A stretch of 36,328 nucleotides of DNA from Verrucomicrobiota bacterium (GTDB lineage: Bacteria > Verrucomicrobiota > Lentisphaeria > Lentisphaerales > Lentisphaeraceae). Below are positions 17,088 through 25,260 of the stretch, piece by piece. Both the position numbers and the translations under genes were made by a program. A model generated the notes under the pieces. That model was not told the origin of the DNA. It searched no databases and saw only the letters and a list, made by a program, of their open reading frames with translations. The number at the start of each line of letters is the position of its first letter. The first letter of the stretch is position 1. The stretch covers positions 1-36,328 of the forward strand of contig JBDKFG010000052.1 in the NCBI GenBank assembly GCA_039798785.1, written 5' to 3'.

Positions 17088-18410
17088 TCAAAACCGCGAC
17101 GGCATCTGGCTCCCCTCAACCGGAGGCGGACCGATGACTTGCGTCAGCCACTCCATCTGGGCAAGATGCCTCTCAGTGCCGGTGAAAACCAGCCGGCTGA
17201 CAACCGCAACGAACTGCAGCTCTTCACCAGGCACAACTTCCATGCCGAAGGATTGCACGAAACGGGCGGGCAGCTCCTCCTTCGGGACCTGCGGATGGCC
17301 CAGCCACTCCAGCCGCGCCCGCATCAAGGCGGGGAAGTCCTGATGCAGAATCGACCATCGCCTATCCATGTAGCAAGGACAGTGGATTCGTCGTTCTCCG
17401 AGCTTCAAAAGCGCACCCTCGCAGCGGAAGATCAGCTTGTAGCTGTCGCAAAGGCATTCGAGGAGATCGCGGACGCTGCCGCCGGGGAAGTCGAAAGACC
17501 GCATCGGCTCGGGCATCATGACGGGCGGCAGGGAGCTGGGATCGGCAGGGTCGGCAGGCGCCGCGTCCGGATCGCTGTTCCAGCCTGAGCTGAGGCTCAG
17601 GATCATCGAGATCTGGTGGACTTTCCGGATGTGTTTATGGACGCGGCTGACCACTTCTTCCATCTCCATCGGCTCGAGCTTCAGAGGCGGCAGGGAGCTT
17701 TCCAGCCAGGGGCAGGGCTCGAGTCTTCCCTGGCCCTGATAATGAAGCCGCCGGAGGATCTCGAGGGTGTTTTGGCAGCGCGCGAGGGCGGCGGCTTCGT
17801 GGGTGATCGCGACGCCCTCGCCGGTGATCTTGAGGCCGCTTCCGGGCGGAAATTTCAGGCCGAATCCGGCGAGTTGAGCTTGCAGGATCCTGGCGCAGGG
17901 GGGCGGCGAGGCTGGTGGCGCGCTGTCTTCCGAGGGCTCAGCGGGATCCGAGGGCGGCGCCGAGGGATCCGGGCAATGCGCCCGCGTTCCCAGCGCCGCG
18001 ACGAAGCCGCGGGGGAGTTTCACCTGGCGGGTTTCGAGCGGACCGAAGAATTCCGATTCGGGCGCGAGGATCCAGGCGCCCCGGTGCCAGACCAGCTTGC
18101 TGTCGCTGATCAGGCAGAGCCAGCGAAGCGCCTGCCCGGCGCCGATCGGCATCTCGGTTTCCAGGGTGAAACGCTGAGACGCCAGCTTCGGGCTCGGGTG
18201 GATCCGGAAGTCGCGCAAGCCGGGACCGGCGGCGCGGATCTCGAGCTCCACCTGCGCCAAGGCTTCGGGCAAGTTCAGGTTTTGCAAGCTGAGCCCGGGC
18301 AGCACGCCACGCTCCAGCGCAGCCTCCTGGTCGCGCCGGACCGCGTCATCGGGGACCGAGCGGCAGGCGAGGCCGAGCAGGGCGGCCAAGAGGAGAATTC
18401 GCAAGATCAT
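17088..18410 (-). CDS. Lipoprotein with two tandem secretin/STN N-terminal-like modules and no secretin barrel
   Basis: Start at MILRILLLAALLGLA-C (lipobox), ATGA overlap with the upstream ATPase stop. Module 1: LPGLSLQNLNLPEAL...FTL...ALRWLC...LETRQVKLP...GLKFPPGS...VAITH. Module 2: LPPLKLEPMEMEEVV...SVRDLLECLC...FGMEVVPG...SRLVFTGT..HLAQME. Confidence 0.6.
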   Translation of the reverse strand: MILRILLLAALLGLACRSVPDDAVRRDQEAALERGVLPGLSLQNLNLPEALAQVELEIRAAGPGLRDFRIHPSPKLASQRFTLETEMPIGAGQALRWLCLISDSKLVWHRGAWILAPESEFFGPLETRQVKLPRGFVAALGTRAHCPDPSAPPSDPAEPSEDSAPPASPPPCARILQAQLAGFGLKFPPGSGLKITGEGVAITHEAAALARCQNTLEILRRLHYQGQGRLEPCPWLESSLPPLKLEPMEMEEVVSRVHKHIRKVHQISMILSLSSGWNSDPDAAPADPADPSSLPPVMMPEPMRSFDFPGGSVRDLLECLCDSYKLIFRCEGALLKLGERRIHCPCYMDRRWSILHQDFPALMRARLEWLGHPQVPKEELPARFVQSFGMEVVPGEELQFVAVVSRLVFTGTERHLAQMEWLTQVIGPPPVEGSQMPSRF

Positions 18411-19138
18411 GGGCTGGCCTCGGTTTGACGGGGTGGCGACTTCAGGTGCTTCAGCGCCTGGTCGGGGTTCATCAGGATACTGCGCGTCAGGGAGACGTGC
18501 TCGCTGTCGCGCGGGTCGATCGGCTGAATCCCTTCGTCGCTGAAGTGGTAACACAGGCAAGGCCGGTAGCAAAGCAGGATCGGCGAATGGGTGGCGATGA
18601 CGAACTGGCAGCCGCGGGCGATCAGGCGATGCATCTCGGTCAGGAAGACCAGCTGGCGCTGCGGCGACAGGGCGGATTCCGGTTCGTCGAAGAAGTAGAG
18701 CCCATCCGGCTTGAGGGTCTGCATCAAGGCGAGGAAGGCTTCGCCGTGGGAACGCCCGTGCATTTCGGGAAAGTTGATGACCCCGACATCCTGGAAATAA
18801 CTCGATGTGTTGTAGAAACTTTCGGCGCGGAGGAAGAATCGTTCTTTCGGCCGTTTCCAGCCACGCACCAGCTGCAGATGGGCATGCAGGGTCGAATGGG
18901 TGTCGCGGGTACTGAATCGGTGCTGCTGCGAGCCGCCTTCGGCATTGAGTCCGGCGGCCACCGCCAGCGCTTCGAGGAGGGTGGATTTGCCCGAGCCGTT
19001 CTCGCCGATGAAGAAGGTCAGGCCGGGGTGGAATTCCAGCTCCTCCAGGGAGGCGAGGGAGGGGATGTCCCAAGGGTGACCCTCGGCCTTCTCCGGCCGC
19101 TCCAGGCGGATCTTGCTGATGAAGCGGGAGTCAAGCAT
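18407..19138 (-). CDS. Soluble ABC-type ATPase (COG3910 / AAA_21-like)
   Basis: Walker A GENGSGKS, FFLRAESFY, SHGEAF signature, Walker B YFFDEPESALSP, H-loop IATHSP. Confidence 0.92.
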   Translation of the reverse strand: MLDSRFISKIRLERPEKAEGHPWDIPSLASLEELEFHPGLTFFIGENGSGKSTLLEALAVAAGLNAEGGSQQHRFSTRDTHSTLHAHLQLVRGWKRPKERFFLRAESFYNTSSYFQDVGVINFPEMHGRSHGEAFLALMQTLKPDGLYFFDEPESALSPQRQLVFLTEMHRLIARGCQFVIATHSPILLCYRPCLCYHFSDEGIQPIDPRDSEHVSLTRSILMNPDQALKHLKSPPRQTEASP

Positions 19139-19763
19139 CGCCGAGCTCCTTCAAGGCCGCGGTGAGATTGGTCCGCGCCCGGGTTTCCCAGCGCTGGCGC
19201 AGTTCCGGGGTCGAATAGAGGAAAGGCCGCTCCAGGAAGTGGCGCAGGATGCGGCTGCGTCCGGCGCAAAAATCGGCTTCCGAAACCCAGGAATACTCTT
19301 GCCGCACCTGGCGTTCGTATTCGGCAAAACGAGCCGCGTCGGCGGCGAGGATGGCGAGATCGACATCGACCAACAGGGCGGCTTCCGGATCGGCCGGCAA
19401 GGCCTCGTGGCGGGTGGCGAGCACCAGTTCGGCCACCCGTTTGGCGGCGGCCGCATCGATGGGCCTCAGGACCCGTTCCGCCCAGGCGGCGCTGGCCTCT
19501 TCGTTGCCCTTCGCGCGAGGATCGTAGACCGCGTCGTGAAACCAGAGGGCCAGGAGGACTTCCTCCCTCGCCTGCGGCGCCACTTCCGCCAGGATCGCGA
19601 GGCATTCCCCGAGGTGTTGCAGGGTGTGATAAAAGCGCTGCGGCTCAAGCCAAGCCGCCCTCAACTCGGTGAAGAGCGAGGGCGGCAAGGACGGCCAGCG
19701 GAGGAGGATCCGCTGGGATGAGGATGCGAGTCGGTCAGTGCCGCCTCGATCCAGCGCACTCAT
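19131..19763 (-). CDS. HD-superfamily predicted metal-dependent phosphohydrolase (COG4339-like)
   Basis: EPQRFYHTLQHL, LALWFHDAVYDP...NEEASA, ATRH, LLVDVDLAIL, YERQVRQEYSWV, GRSRIL..FL, ARTNL. Confidence 0.9.
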   Translation of the reverse strand: MSALDRGGTDRLASSSQRILLRWPSLPPSLFTELRAAWLEPQRFYHTLQHLGECLAILAEVAPQAREEVLLALWFHDAVYDPRAKGNEEASAAWAERVLRPIDAAAAKRVAELVLATRHEALPADPEAALLVDVDLAILAADAARFAEYERQVRQEYSWVSEADFCAGRSRILRHFLERPFLYSTPELRQRWETRARTNLTAALKELGDA

Positions 19764-20008
19764 CGTTCCTCGGATTGTTGATTGGCGTTGAATTGACGAT
19801 ACATATCTCCCATCAGGAGATCATCCCGCATCCTTTGCTTGTCACGGTCTGATGCATCAAGGCTGTCAATCCGATGCGATTCACGGAAATACTCGTCGTT
19901 CGGGTCGATTTGCAGCGCTTGGCAGGATGAGAGCACGGACATCAGCGCGGCGGCGATGAGAATCGCAGGGTGAACGCCGATCCTCGACAATAAAGGAATC
20001 CGAACCAT
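19760..20008 (-). CDS. Small putative lipoprotein, unknown function
   Basis: Hydrophobic N-region ending in lipobox VLSS-C; acidic/polar mature part; stop overlaps the HD gene start (ATGA). Confidence 0.65.
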   Translation of the reverse strand: MVRIPLLSRIGVHPAILIAAALMSVLSSCQALQIDPNDEYFRESHRIDSLDASDRDKQRMRDDLLMGDMYRQFNANQQSEER

Positions 20009-20028
20009 GGCGACGACTCCGACGGCTT

Positions 20029-20065
20029 AAAAAGGAACCGCCGGCAAGCCTGTGCTTGCCGGCGG
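20029..20065 (-). terminator. Rho-independent terminator after the Gfo/Idh/MocA gene
   Basis: Perfect 12-bp stem CCGCCGGCAAGC (20038-20049) / GCTTGCCGGCGG (20054-20065) with a 4-nt loop, followed on the minus strand by TTCCTTTTT. Confidence 0.85.
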
Positions 20066-20077
20066 CGGAGAGCGGCT

Positions 20078-21229
20078 TCAGCCGAGCTTGACCCAGGCCG
20101 CGTTTTTGGCGGATGACGCGACGACGGCTTCGACGAAGGCCATGCCGCGGACGCCTTCTTCGATGGTCGGGACATCGAGTTCAGCGGAGGTGGCGGGGCG
20201 TTTTTCGAGTTTAGCGCGGATCTGGCCGGCGAAGTTGCGGTAGAGGTTGGCGAAGGCTTCGAGGTAGCCTTCGGGGTGGCCGGGCGGGGTGCGGGAGTTG
20301 GCTTTGGCGAAGTCGCCGTTGTAGCCGTGGCCGGCGCGCCAGATTTCGGTCGGGCGGTCGAGGAACTGGCGTTTCAGGGTGTTGGGCTCGATCTGGTGCC
20401 ATTCGAAGCCGCCGCTCTCGCCGTAGACGCGAATGGCGATGTTGTTCTCGTCGCCGGCGGCGATCTGCGAGGCGGTGAGGATGCCTTTGGCGCCGTTTTC
20501 GAAGCGGAGGAGGACGTTGCCGTCGTCATCGAGGAGGCGGCCGTCGACGAAGGTATTGAGGTCGGCGGCGAGTTCCTTGACATGGAGGCCGGTGACGTAT
20601 TCGGCGAGGTTTTCGGCGTGGGTGCCGATGTCGCCCATGCAGCAGGAGGCGCCGGCGAGTTTCGGGTTGGTGCGCCAGTCGGCCTGTTTCTGGCCGGACT
20701 TCTCGAGCGAGGTGGCGAGCCAGCCCTGGGGGTATTCGACGATGACCTTGCGGACCTTGCCGATGGCGCCGGCGGCGATCATTTGGCGCATCTGCTTGAC
20801 CATCGGGTAGCCGGTGTAGGTGTGGGTGAGGCCGTAGAGGCGGCCGGTCTTTTTGACGACGGCGGCGAGTTCCTCGGCTTCGGCGAGGTTGAAGGTGGCG
20901 GGCTTGTCGCTCATCACGTCGAAGCCCGCTTCGAGGGCGGCCTTGGCGGGGGCGAAGTGCATGAAGTTGGGGGTGACGATGGCGACGAAGTCCATGCGCA
21001 CATCGGCGGGGAGCTTGGCTTCGGCGGCGATCATTTCCTGCCACGAGCCGTAGCAGCGTTCGGGGGCGAGGAAGAGGCCTTTGCCGGATTCCTTCGACTT
21101 GGTCGCGTCGGAGGAGAAGGCGCCGCAGACCAGTTCGATTTGGCCATCAAGAGCGGCGGCTTTGCGGTGGACGTCGCCGATGAAAGCACCGATGCCGCCG
21201 CCGATCATACCCATTCGGATCTTACGCAT
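20078..21229 (-). CDS. Gfo/Idh/MocA family oxidoreductase
   Basis: MRKIRMGMIGGGIGAFIGDVHR, IVTPNFMH, SDKP, YPQGW, GDIGTH, PPGHPEGYLEAFANLY; AGGAG RBS before ATG 21229; strongly biased codon use. Confidence 0.95.
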   Translation of the reverse strand: MRKIRMGMIGGGIGAFIGDVHRKAAALDGQIELVCGAFSSDATKSKESGKGLFLAPERCYGSWQEMIAAEAKLPADVRMDFVAIVTPNFMHFAPAKAALEAGFDVMSDKPATFNLAEAEELAAVVKKTGRLYGLTHTYTGYPMVKQMRQMIAAGAIGKVRKVIVEYPQGWLATSLEKSGQKQADWRTNPKLAGASCCMGDIGTHAENLAEYVTGLHVKELAADLNTFVDGRLLDDDGNVLLRFENGAKGILTASQIAAGDENNIAIRVYGESGGFEWHQIEPNTLKRQFLDRPTEIWRAGHGYNGDFAKANSRTPPGHPEGYLEAFANLYRNFAGQIRAKLEKRPATSAELDVPTIEEGVRGMAFVEAVVASSAKNAAWVKLG

Positions 21230-21400
21230 GTCAATGTCTCCTGAAGCTAGGGTTGGAAAAGAGGCCGTCAATATCCAAGCCGATGGGAAATCCTCCAGTG
21301 GAGTGACACTGGAAAGCTTAGCTAAGAGCAGAAAACGTCATTCACGGATTAAGAAATCCGGGGGCTGCGCATCTCTGGGACAAGCCTGAAGGAGGACATC

Positions 21401-21841
21401 ATGAATCAGCCCAAGCCGGATTTCCACATCGCCCGCCCCTGCCCCGCTTCCTGGGAAGGGATGAGCGGCGACGAACGCAAACGGTTTTGCGCCGCGTGCA
21501 AGCTTCATGTGCACAACCTCTCCGAGATGGAGAAGCGCGACGCCGAAAAGCTCCTGCAAGAGCATGCCGGGCGCCTCTGCGTCACCTATCAATGCGACTC
21601 GCAGAAGCGTCCGCTCTTCCGCTCCGATCTCCAGGCCTTGGCCGCCGCCGCGGCCTCGGCGGCGCTGCTGGTCAGCGCCTGCGCTCCTCCAGGGCGCAGC
21701 ACCGGCGAGCCCCGCCCCGGCACCAGCCAGCCGGCCCAAGCGGTCCCGGCTCCCGGCGAAGTCGAGCCGTGCAAGCTGGGCGAAGTCGCGCCGCCAGCGC
21801 CACCGCCGGTGAAGCTGATGGGCAAGATCGCCGCGCCTTGA
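21401..21841 (+). CDS. Hypothetical protein: N-terminal 4-Cys domain, internal lipoprotein-like signal, Pro-rich tail
   Basis: AAGGAGG RBS; IARPCPASWEGMSGDERKRFCAACKLHVHNLSEM..DAEKLL....RLC; then ALAAAAASAALLVSA-C; tail with LGEVA and LMGKIA motifs. Confidence 0.85.
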   Translation: MNQPKPDFHIARPCPASWEGMSGDERKRFCAACKLHVHNLSEMEKRDAEKLLQEHAGRLCVTYQCDSQKRPLFRSDLQALAAAAASAALLVSACAPPGRSTGEPRPGTSQPAQAVPAPGEVEPCKLGEVAPPAPPPVKLMGKIAAP

Positions 21842-21853
21842 AACGGGGGTTTT

Positions 21854-21881
21854 AAATTCAAAATTCCAGATTCAAAATTCA
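21854..21881. repeat. AT-rich heptamer tandem repeat, 4 x 7 bp (AAATTCA)
   Basis: AAATTCA AAATTCC AGATTCA AAATTCA. Confidence 0.75.
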
Positions 21882-21931
21882 ATATAAAAACAAAATATTC
21901 GGCGGGATTTCGACTTCGTCATCCAGGTTGA

Positions 21932-21976
21932 ACCCAGCCGTCCCAGCCGTCCCAGCCGTGTCCCAGCCGTCCCAGC
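21932..21976. repeat. Nonamer tandem repeat, about 5 x 9 bp (TCCCAGCCG)
   Basis: ACCCAGCCG TCCCAGCCG TCCCAGCCG TG TCCCAGCCG TCCCAGC, directly abutting the batD stop codon. Confidence 0.85.
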
Positions 21977-24127
21977 TCAAGGCTTGGCGCGGCGGAGCTC
22001 GCGGATCTGCGTCCATCCCCGGCCCTCGCCATGGATTTCGCGCACTTCGGCCCAGGAGCCATCGGCATTGGTCTGGCGCAGCAGGACCAGGCTGCCCGCG
22101 GCGATCCGATCGCCCGAGGGGCGGCCGTCGGCACTTTCCCGGAGCTGGATTTCCGCCGCGGCGACGGCTCGTCCGGACGCCCGGCTGCCGGCGCTTTGCG
22201 CCCAGGCGCAGGAGAAGGGCAGGGCGGCGGCGAGAAGGCCGAGGGCGAGGGCGGCGCGCCAGGGCTGCCCCCGGCGCTTCAGGGTCGCGGCGGCGAGCCA
22301 GGCGGCAAACCACAGCGAAGCGGCAAGAAGCAGCCATTCCCCCGGGTGGAGGCGGTCGCGCAACTGGACGATGGCGCCTGGGGCGCTCGCCTGCGGTCCC
22401 GCGGCGAGGCGGGCCTGCTCGATCGCCTCCCCGATCTCGGGGCAGCGCGGCATCAATTCCTGCGCGAGATCGAGCTCGGCGAGGGTGGCGGCGGCATCGC
22501 CGGAGCTCCAAGCATTTTCGGCCCGTCCGTAGGCGGCCCGGCCAGGATCCTTCTCCGCTGCGAACAGCGGCGCAGAGGAAATCAAGAAGAGCAGCAGCGG
22601 CAACAAACGCAGGCTTCTGCCCAGCTCCGGCAGGGCGGCGGCAGGGCGGGGCGCGAAGCGGGCTTCGGTGAACTGGCGCAGCGCGCCGGCGAAATCGCGT
22701 TCGCCTCGGAGCTCGGCAGCGGCGGCTAGATCGGCGCCGGGAGGAAGACTCCACAATTCCCGCAAAAAGACCTCGAGCTCGGCCGCGGCGCTCGCATCGC
22801 CCGCGTCGAGCCGCTGGGCCAGACTCGCCCTCCGACGGCGAGCCTGCAGACGGCGCCAGAAGCGGCCAGGTCGCCATTGCAGAATCAGCAGCAGCACGGG
22901 AGCCGCCAGGAAGAGCAGAAGACTGCCGAGCCCCCCGGGTGGCGAAGAGACCGCCCCGAGGGGCAGGGACGGCAAGGGCTTGCGCTGCGGCGCGGCGACG
23001 GAGGACTCCGCTTTGACCGGAGGAGGAGGCCCAAGCACCTTGAGGCGTGGCGTGAAGCGCTTGACCTGATACTCCCCCTTGGCCGGATCGAAGCTCGCCA
23101 CCGCGATCTCCGGGATTTTGACGCCACCGCCGTCGGGGACCAAGGTCCAAGTGACATCAACTCCATTGTCCACTTGGATCTTCTCGTGAGTGAGGTTCTG
23201 GAAGCCGAGGAATCGCCATTCCGGCAATTTCAGGACGCTGAGGTCGTCCTTGCTGCGGACACTGAGGATGAGGTAGCAGGAGTCGCTACTTTGCATCTCC
23301 TCCCCCGGAGCGAGCGAGAGCCCGAGATCAAAGTCGTCGCCGACGAGATTGAGGAATTCGACTCCGGCAGGAACGGGAGGAAGTTTTTTAATCTCGTAGC
23401 TGCCGGAGGAGAGACTGGTGGATACTGGGAGGTAGCCCGCAAAGGAATTGCCGCGGGGGCGGGCCATGAGGGAGGCGCTGGCATTGCCCTCGTGCCTGCC
23501 TGGAAGAATGGCCTTGACCCTTCCTTTCAGAATCAATTTGGTCCAAAGCCGCTTGTCGATCAGCAGGTTTCTTTCGATCGAGGGATTCTGCTCCGGCGAC
23601 TGCAGGAAGCTTGTTCCTGGCAGAGTCAGCTCCGGCGAGACGCTTTCCTCCGAGATGTCGTAATCGTCGCGGATGAGCAATTCCATCGTCACATCGATCT
23701 CTTCTCCGAGGAAGATGCCGGGCATCTGTTCGCTCCGGTTTTTGCCGAAAAGCACCTTCAGGCGCAATGAATGCATCATCTCACCGGCCCTGACCTCGAA
23801 GCTCTGGGGCGGGAGGACCGCGGTGTCGCCGTCCTGCAGGGGGATTTTGAGCTCCGGGATCTGGCACTTTCCCGGCTGGGTAATCTGGAATTTCAGCACG
23901 GTCCGGCCGCTGACGCCGCGATTGCTGATCGACAGGCTCTGGTCGGGACGGAGCCAGATCAGTCCGTCGATTTTGGGCAGACGGAAGGAGTCGACCACCC
24001 CGGGGATCTCGATGATGCCGGTCTGGTCGGTGTTCTCCGGCGGCCGCAAGCGCAGCTCCGCCGCGCCGATCTGGAGGCACAGCAGCAGCAAGCCCAGCAG
24101 CCAGTGCGGTAGTTTTCCGGCTCTCAT
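21977..24127 (-). CDS. batD: BatD-like protein fused to a BatE-like TPR/SH3 module
   Basis: Signal peptide; Ig-like BatD segments (GKCQIPELKI, IFLGEEI, IKKLPPVP...LVGD, LVPDGGGVKIPEIAVASFDPAKGEY); TM helix; then AYGRAENAWSSGD (TPR-like), two TM helices and SH3-like LRESAD...GSLV...WAEVR...GRGW; AAGGAG RBS before ATG 24127. Confidence 0.72.
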   Translation of the reverse strand: MRAGKLPHWLLGLLLLCLQIGAAELRLRPPENTDQTGIIEIPGVVDSFRLPKIDGLIWLRPDQSLSISNRGVSGRTVLKFQITQPGKCQIPELKIPLQDGDTAVLPPQSFEVRAGEMMHSLRLKVLFGKNRSEQMPGIFLGEEIDVTMELLIRDDYDISEESVSPELTLPGTSFLQSPEQNPSIERNLLIDKRLWTKLILKGRVKAILPGRHEGNASASLMARPRGNSFAGYLPVSTSLSSGSYEIKKLPPVPAGVEFLNLVGDDFDLGLSLAPGEEMQSSDSCYLILSVRSKDDLSVLKLPEWRFLGFQNLTHEKIQVDNGVDVTWTLVPDGGGVKIPEIAVASFDPAKGEYQVKRFTPRLKVLGPPPPVKAESSVAAPQRKPLPSLPLGAVSSPPGGLGSLLLFLAAPVLLLILQWRPGRFWRRLQARRRRASLAQRLDAGDASAAAELEVFLRELWSLPPGADLAAAAELRGERDFAGALRQFTEARFAPRPAAALPELGRSLRLLPLLLFLISSAPLFAAEKDPGRAAYGRAENAWSSGDAAATLAELDLAQELMPRCPEIGEAIEQARLAAGPQASAPGAIVQLRDRLHPGEWLLLAASLWFAAWLAAATLKRRGQPWRAALALGLLAAALPFSCAWAQSAGSRASGRAVAAAEIQLRESADGRPSGDRIAAGSLVLLRQTNADGSWAEVREIHGEGRGWTQIRELRRAKP

Positions 24128-24271
24128 CTGCAAAACTCCTTGTCCATCTTGTCCCGGTGAAGTTTGCCGCTCCGGCGCAGCTTTCAACTAGACGCGCGAG
24201 AAGACGCAGATTTGCGCAAGTTGCCGCCAAGCCGATCTTGCAAAGTCCCCAGTCGCGGGAAGGGTGGCAAC

Positions 24272-24637
24272 ATGCCAAGCTCGAACACCGACCGCGTCGT
24301 ATTGAAAAACCTGCTGATGGAGATGTCCATCGGCATCCTGCCTCACGAACGCCTCGCCAGACAGCCGGTCGAACTGGAGATCCATTGCTTCCTCGATCTC
24401 CGCGCGGCGGCGCTGCAGGAGCGTCTCGACCTCAGCCTCGACTACGCCGCCCTCGCCGCGGCACTCCGCGAGCTCGCCGCCAGCCGCCACTGGGACCTCA
24501 TCGAAACCTTTGCCGAAGCCGCCGCCGAAACCGCATTCCACCTAGGCCCGGTGCGCCGCGTCGAGCTTGGCGTCGCCAAGCCGCTCGCCGTTCCGAACGC
24601 CCGCGCCGAAGTCTGGATCAGCCGGAGCCGAGATTGA
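24272..24637 (+). CDS. folB: Dihydroneopterin aldolase
   Basis: DRVVLKNL....IGILPHER...QPV, SLDY, LIET, VAKP; coupled to folK by TGATG overlap. Confidence 0.92.
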   Translation: MPSSNTDRVVLKNLLMEMSIGILPHERLARQPVELEIHCFLDLRAAALQERLDLSLDYAALAAALRELAASRHWDLIETFAEAAAETAFHLGPVRRVELGVAKPLAVPNARAEVWISRSRD

Positions 24638-25134
24638 TGCCCCCCGTCTACATCGCCTTCGGTTCGAACGTCGATCCCCTCGTCCACCTCGACGCCGCCT
24701 TCCGCTCCCTCGCCCAGGCCAGCCGCCTCGAAGCGGTATCCTCGCTATGGGAGACCGAAGCCCTCGGCCCCGCCCGGGGCCAAGCCCCCTTCGTCAACGG
24801 CGTCTGCCGCCTCCGCAGCGAACTCGCCCCCGCCGCCCTGAAGGCGCTGCTGCAGGAGATCGAAGCCGCCCACGGCCACCCGCCCGGGATCGGCAAGGAG
24901 GCGCCACGAACCCTCGACCTCGACCTCATCCTCTGCGGCCGCGAAAACTCGTCCATCCCAAGCTTGCGCCTGCCTCACCCGCAGCTCTTCAGCCGCGACT
25001 TCGTCTACCGCCCCGTCCTCGAACTCGACCCCGAGTGCCGCCTGCCCGACGGACGCTTGCTGCGCGACTGCATCCCGCCGAATTCAAACTATCCCCACCG
25101 GCTCGTCCGCCCGATGACGATCCATCCGGAATGA
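24637..25134 (+). CDS. folK: 2-amino-4-hydroxy-6-hydroxymethyldihydropteridine diphosphokinase
   Basis: VYIAFGSN, SSLWETEA, PFVNGV, PRTLDLDLI, LPHP...RDFV; start MPPVY at 24637. Confidence 0.93.
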   Translation: MPPVYIAFGSNVDPLVHLDAAFRSLAQASRLEAVSSLWETEALGPARGQAPFVNGVCRLRSELAPAALKALLQEIEAAHGHPPGIGKEAPRTLDLDLILCGRENSSIPSLRLPHPQLFSRDFVYRPVLELDPECRLPDGRLLRDCIPPNSNYPHRLVRPMTIHPE

Positions 25135-25260
25135 CTCGGCATTCGCCCCCAGGAACATCCGCCTCCATCAGGCTCCATTCGCCATGCGAAGCTCGCAGGT
25201 TCTTACGCTTGCCTCCAAACGTCCTGACGCGCCCCTGAGCGATGCACCCCAGGCCCGGCG

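Noticed and set aside
18411..19073. N-terminal 221 aa of the 661-aa ORF 17088-19073
   Set aside because: Off-frame overlap of the ATPase gene; the real start is the lipoprotein signal at 18410
16884..21976. Tandem repeats as a possible CRISPR array
   Set aside because: Units are 7-11 bp, contiguous and spacer-less; no cas genes
24157..24636. Apparent long N-terminal extension of FolK, or a FolB-FolK fusion
   Set aside because: folB and folK are in different frames joined by a TGATG overlap; the extension is off-frame folB sequence
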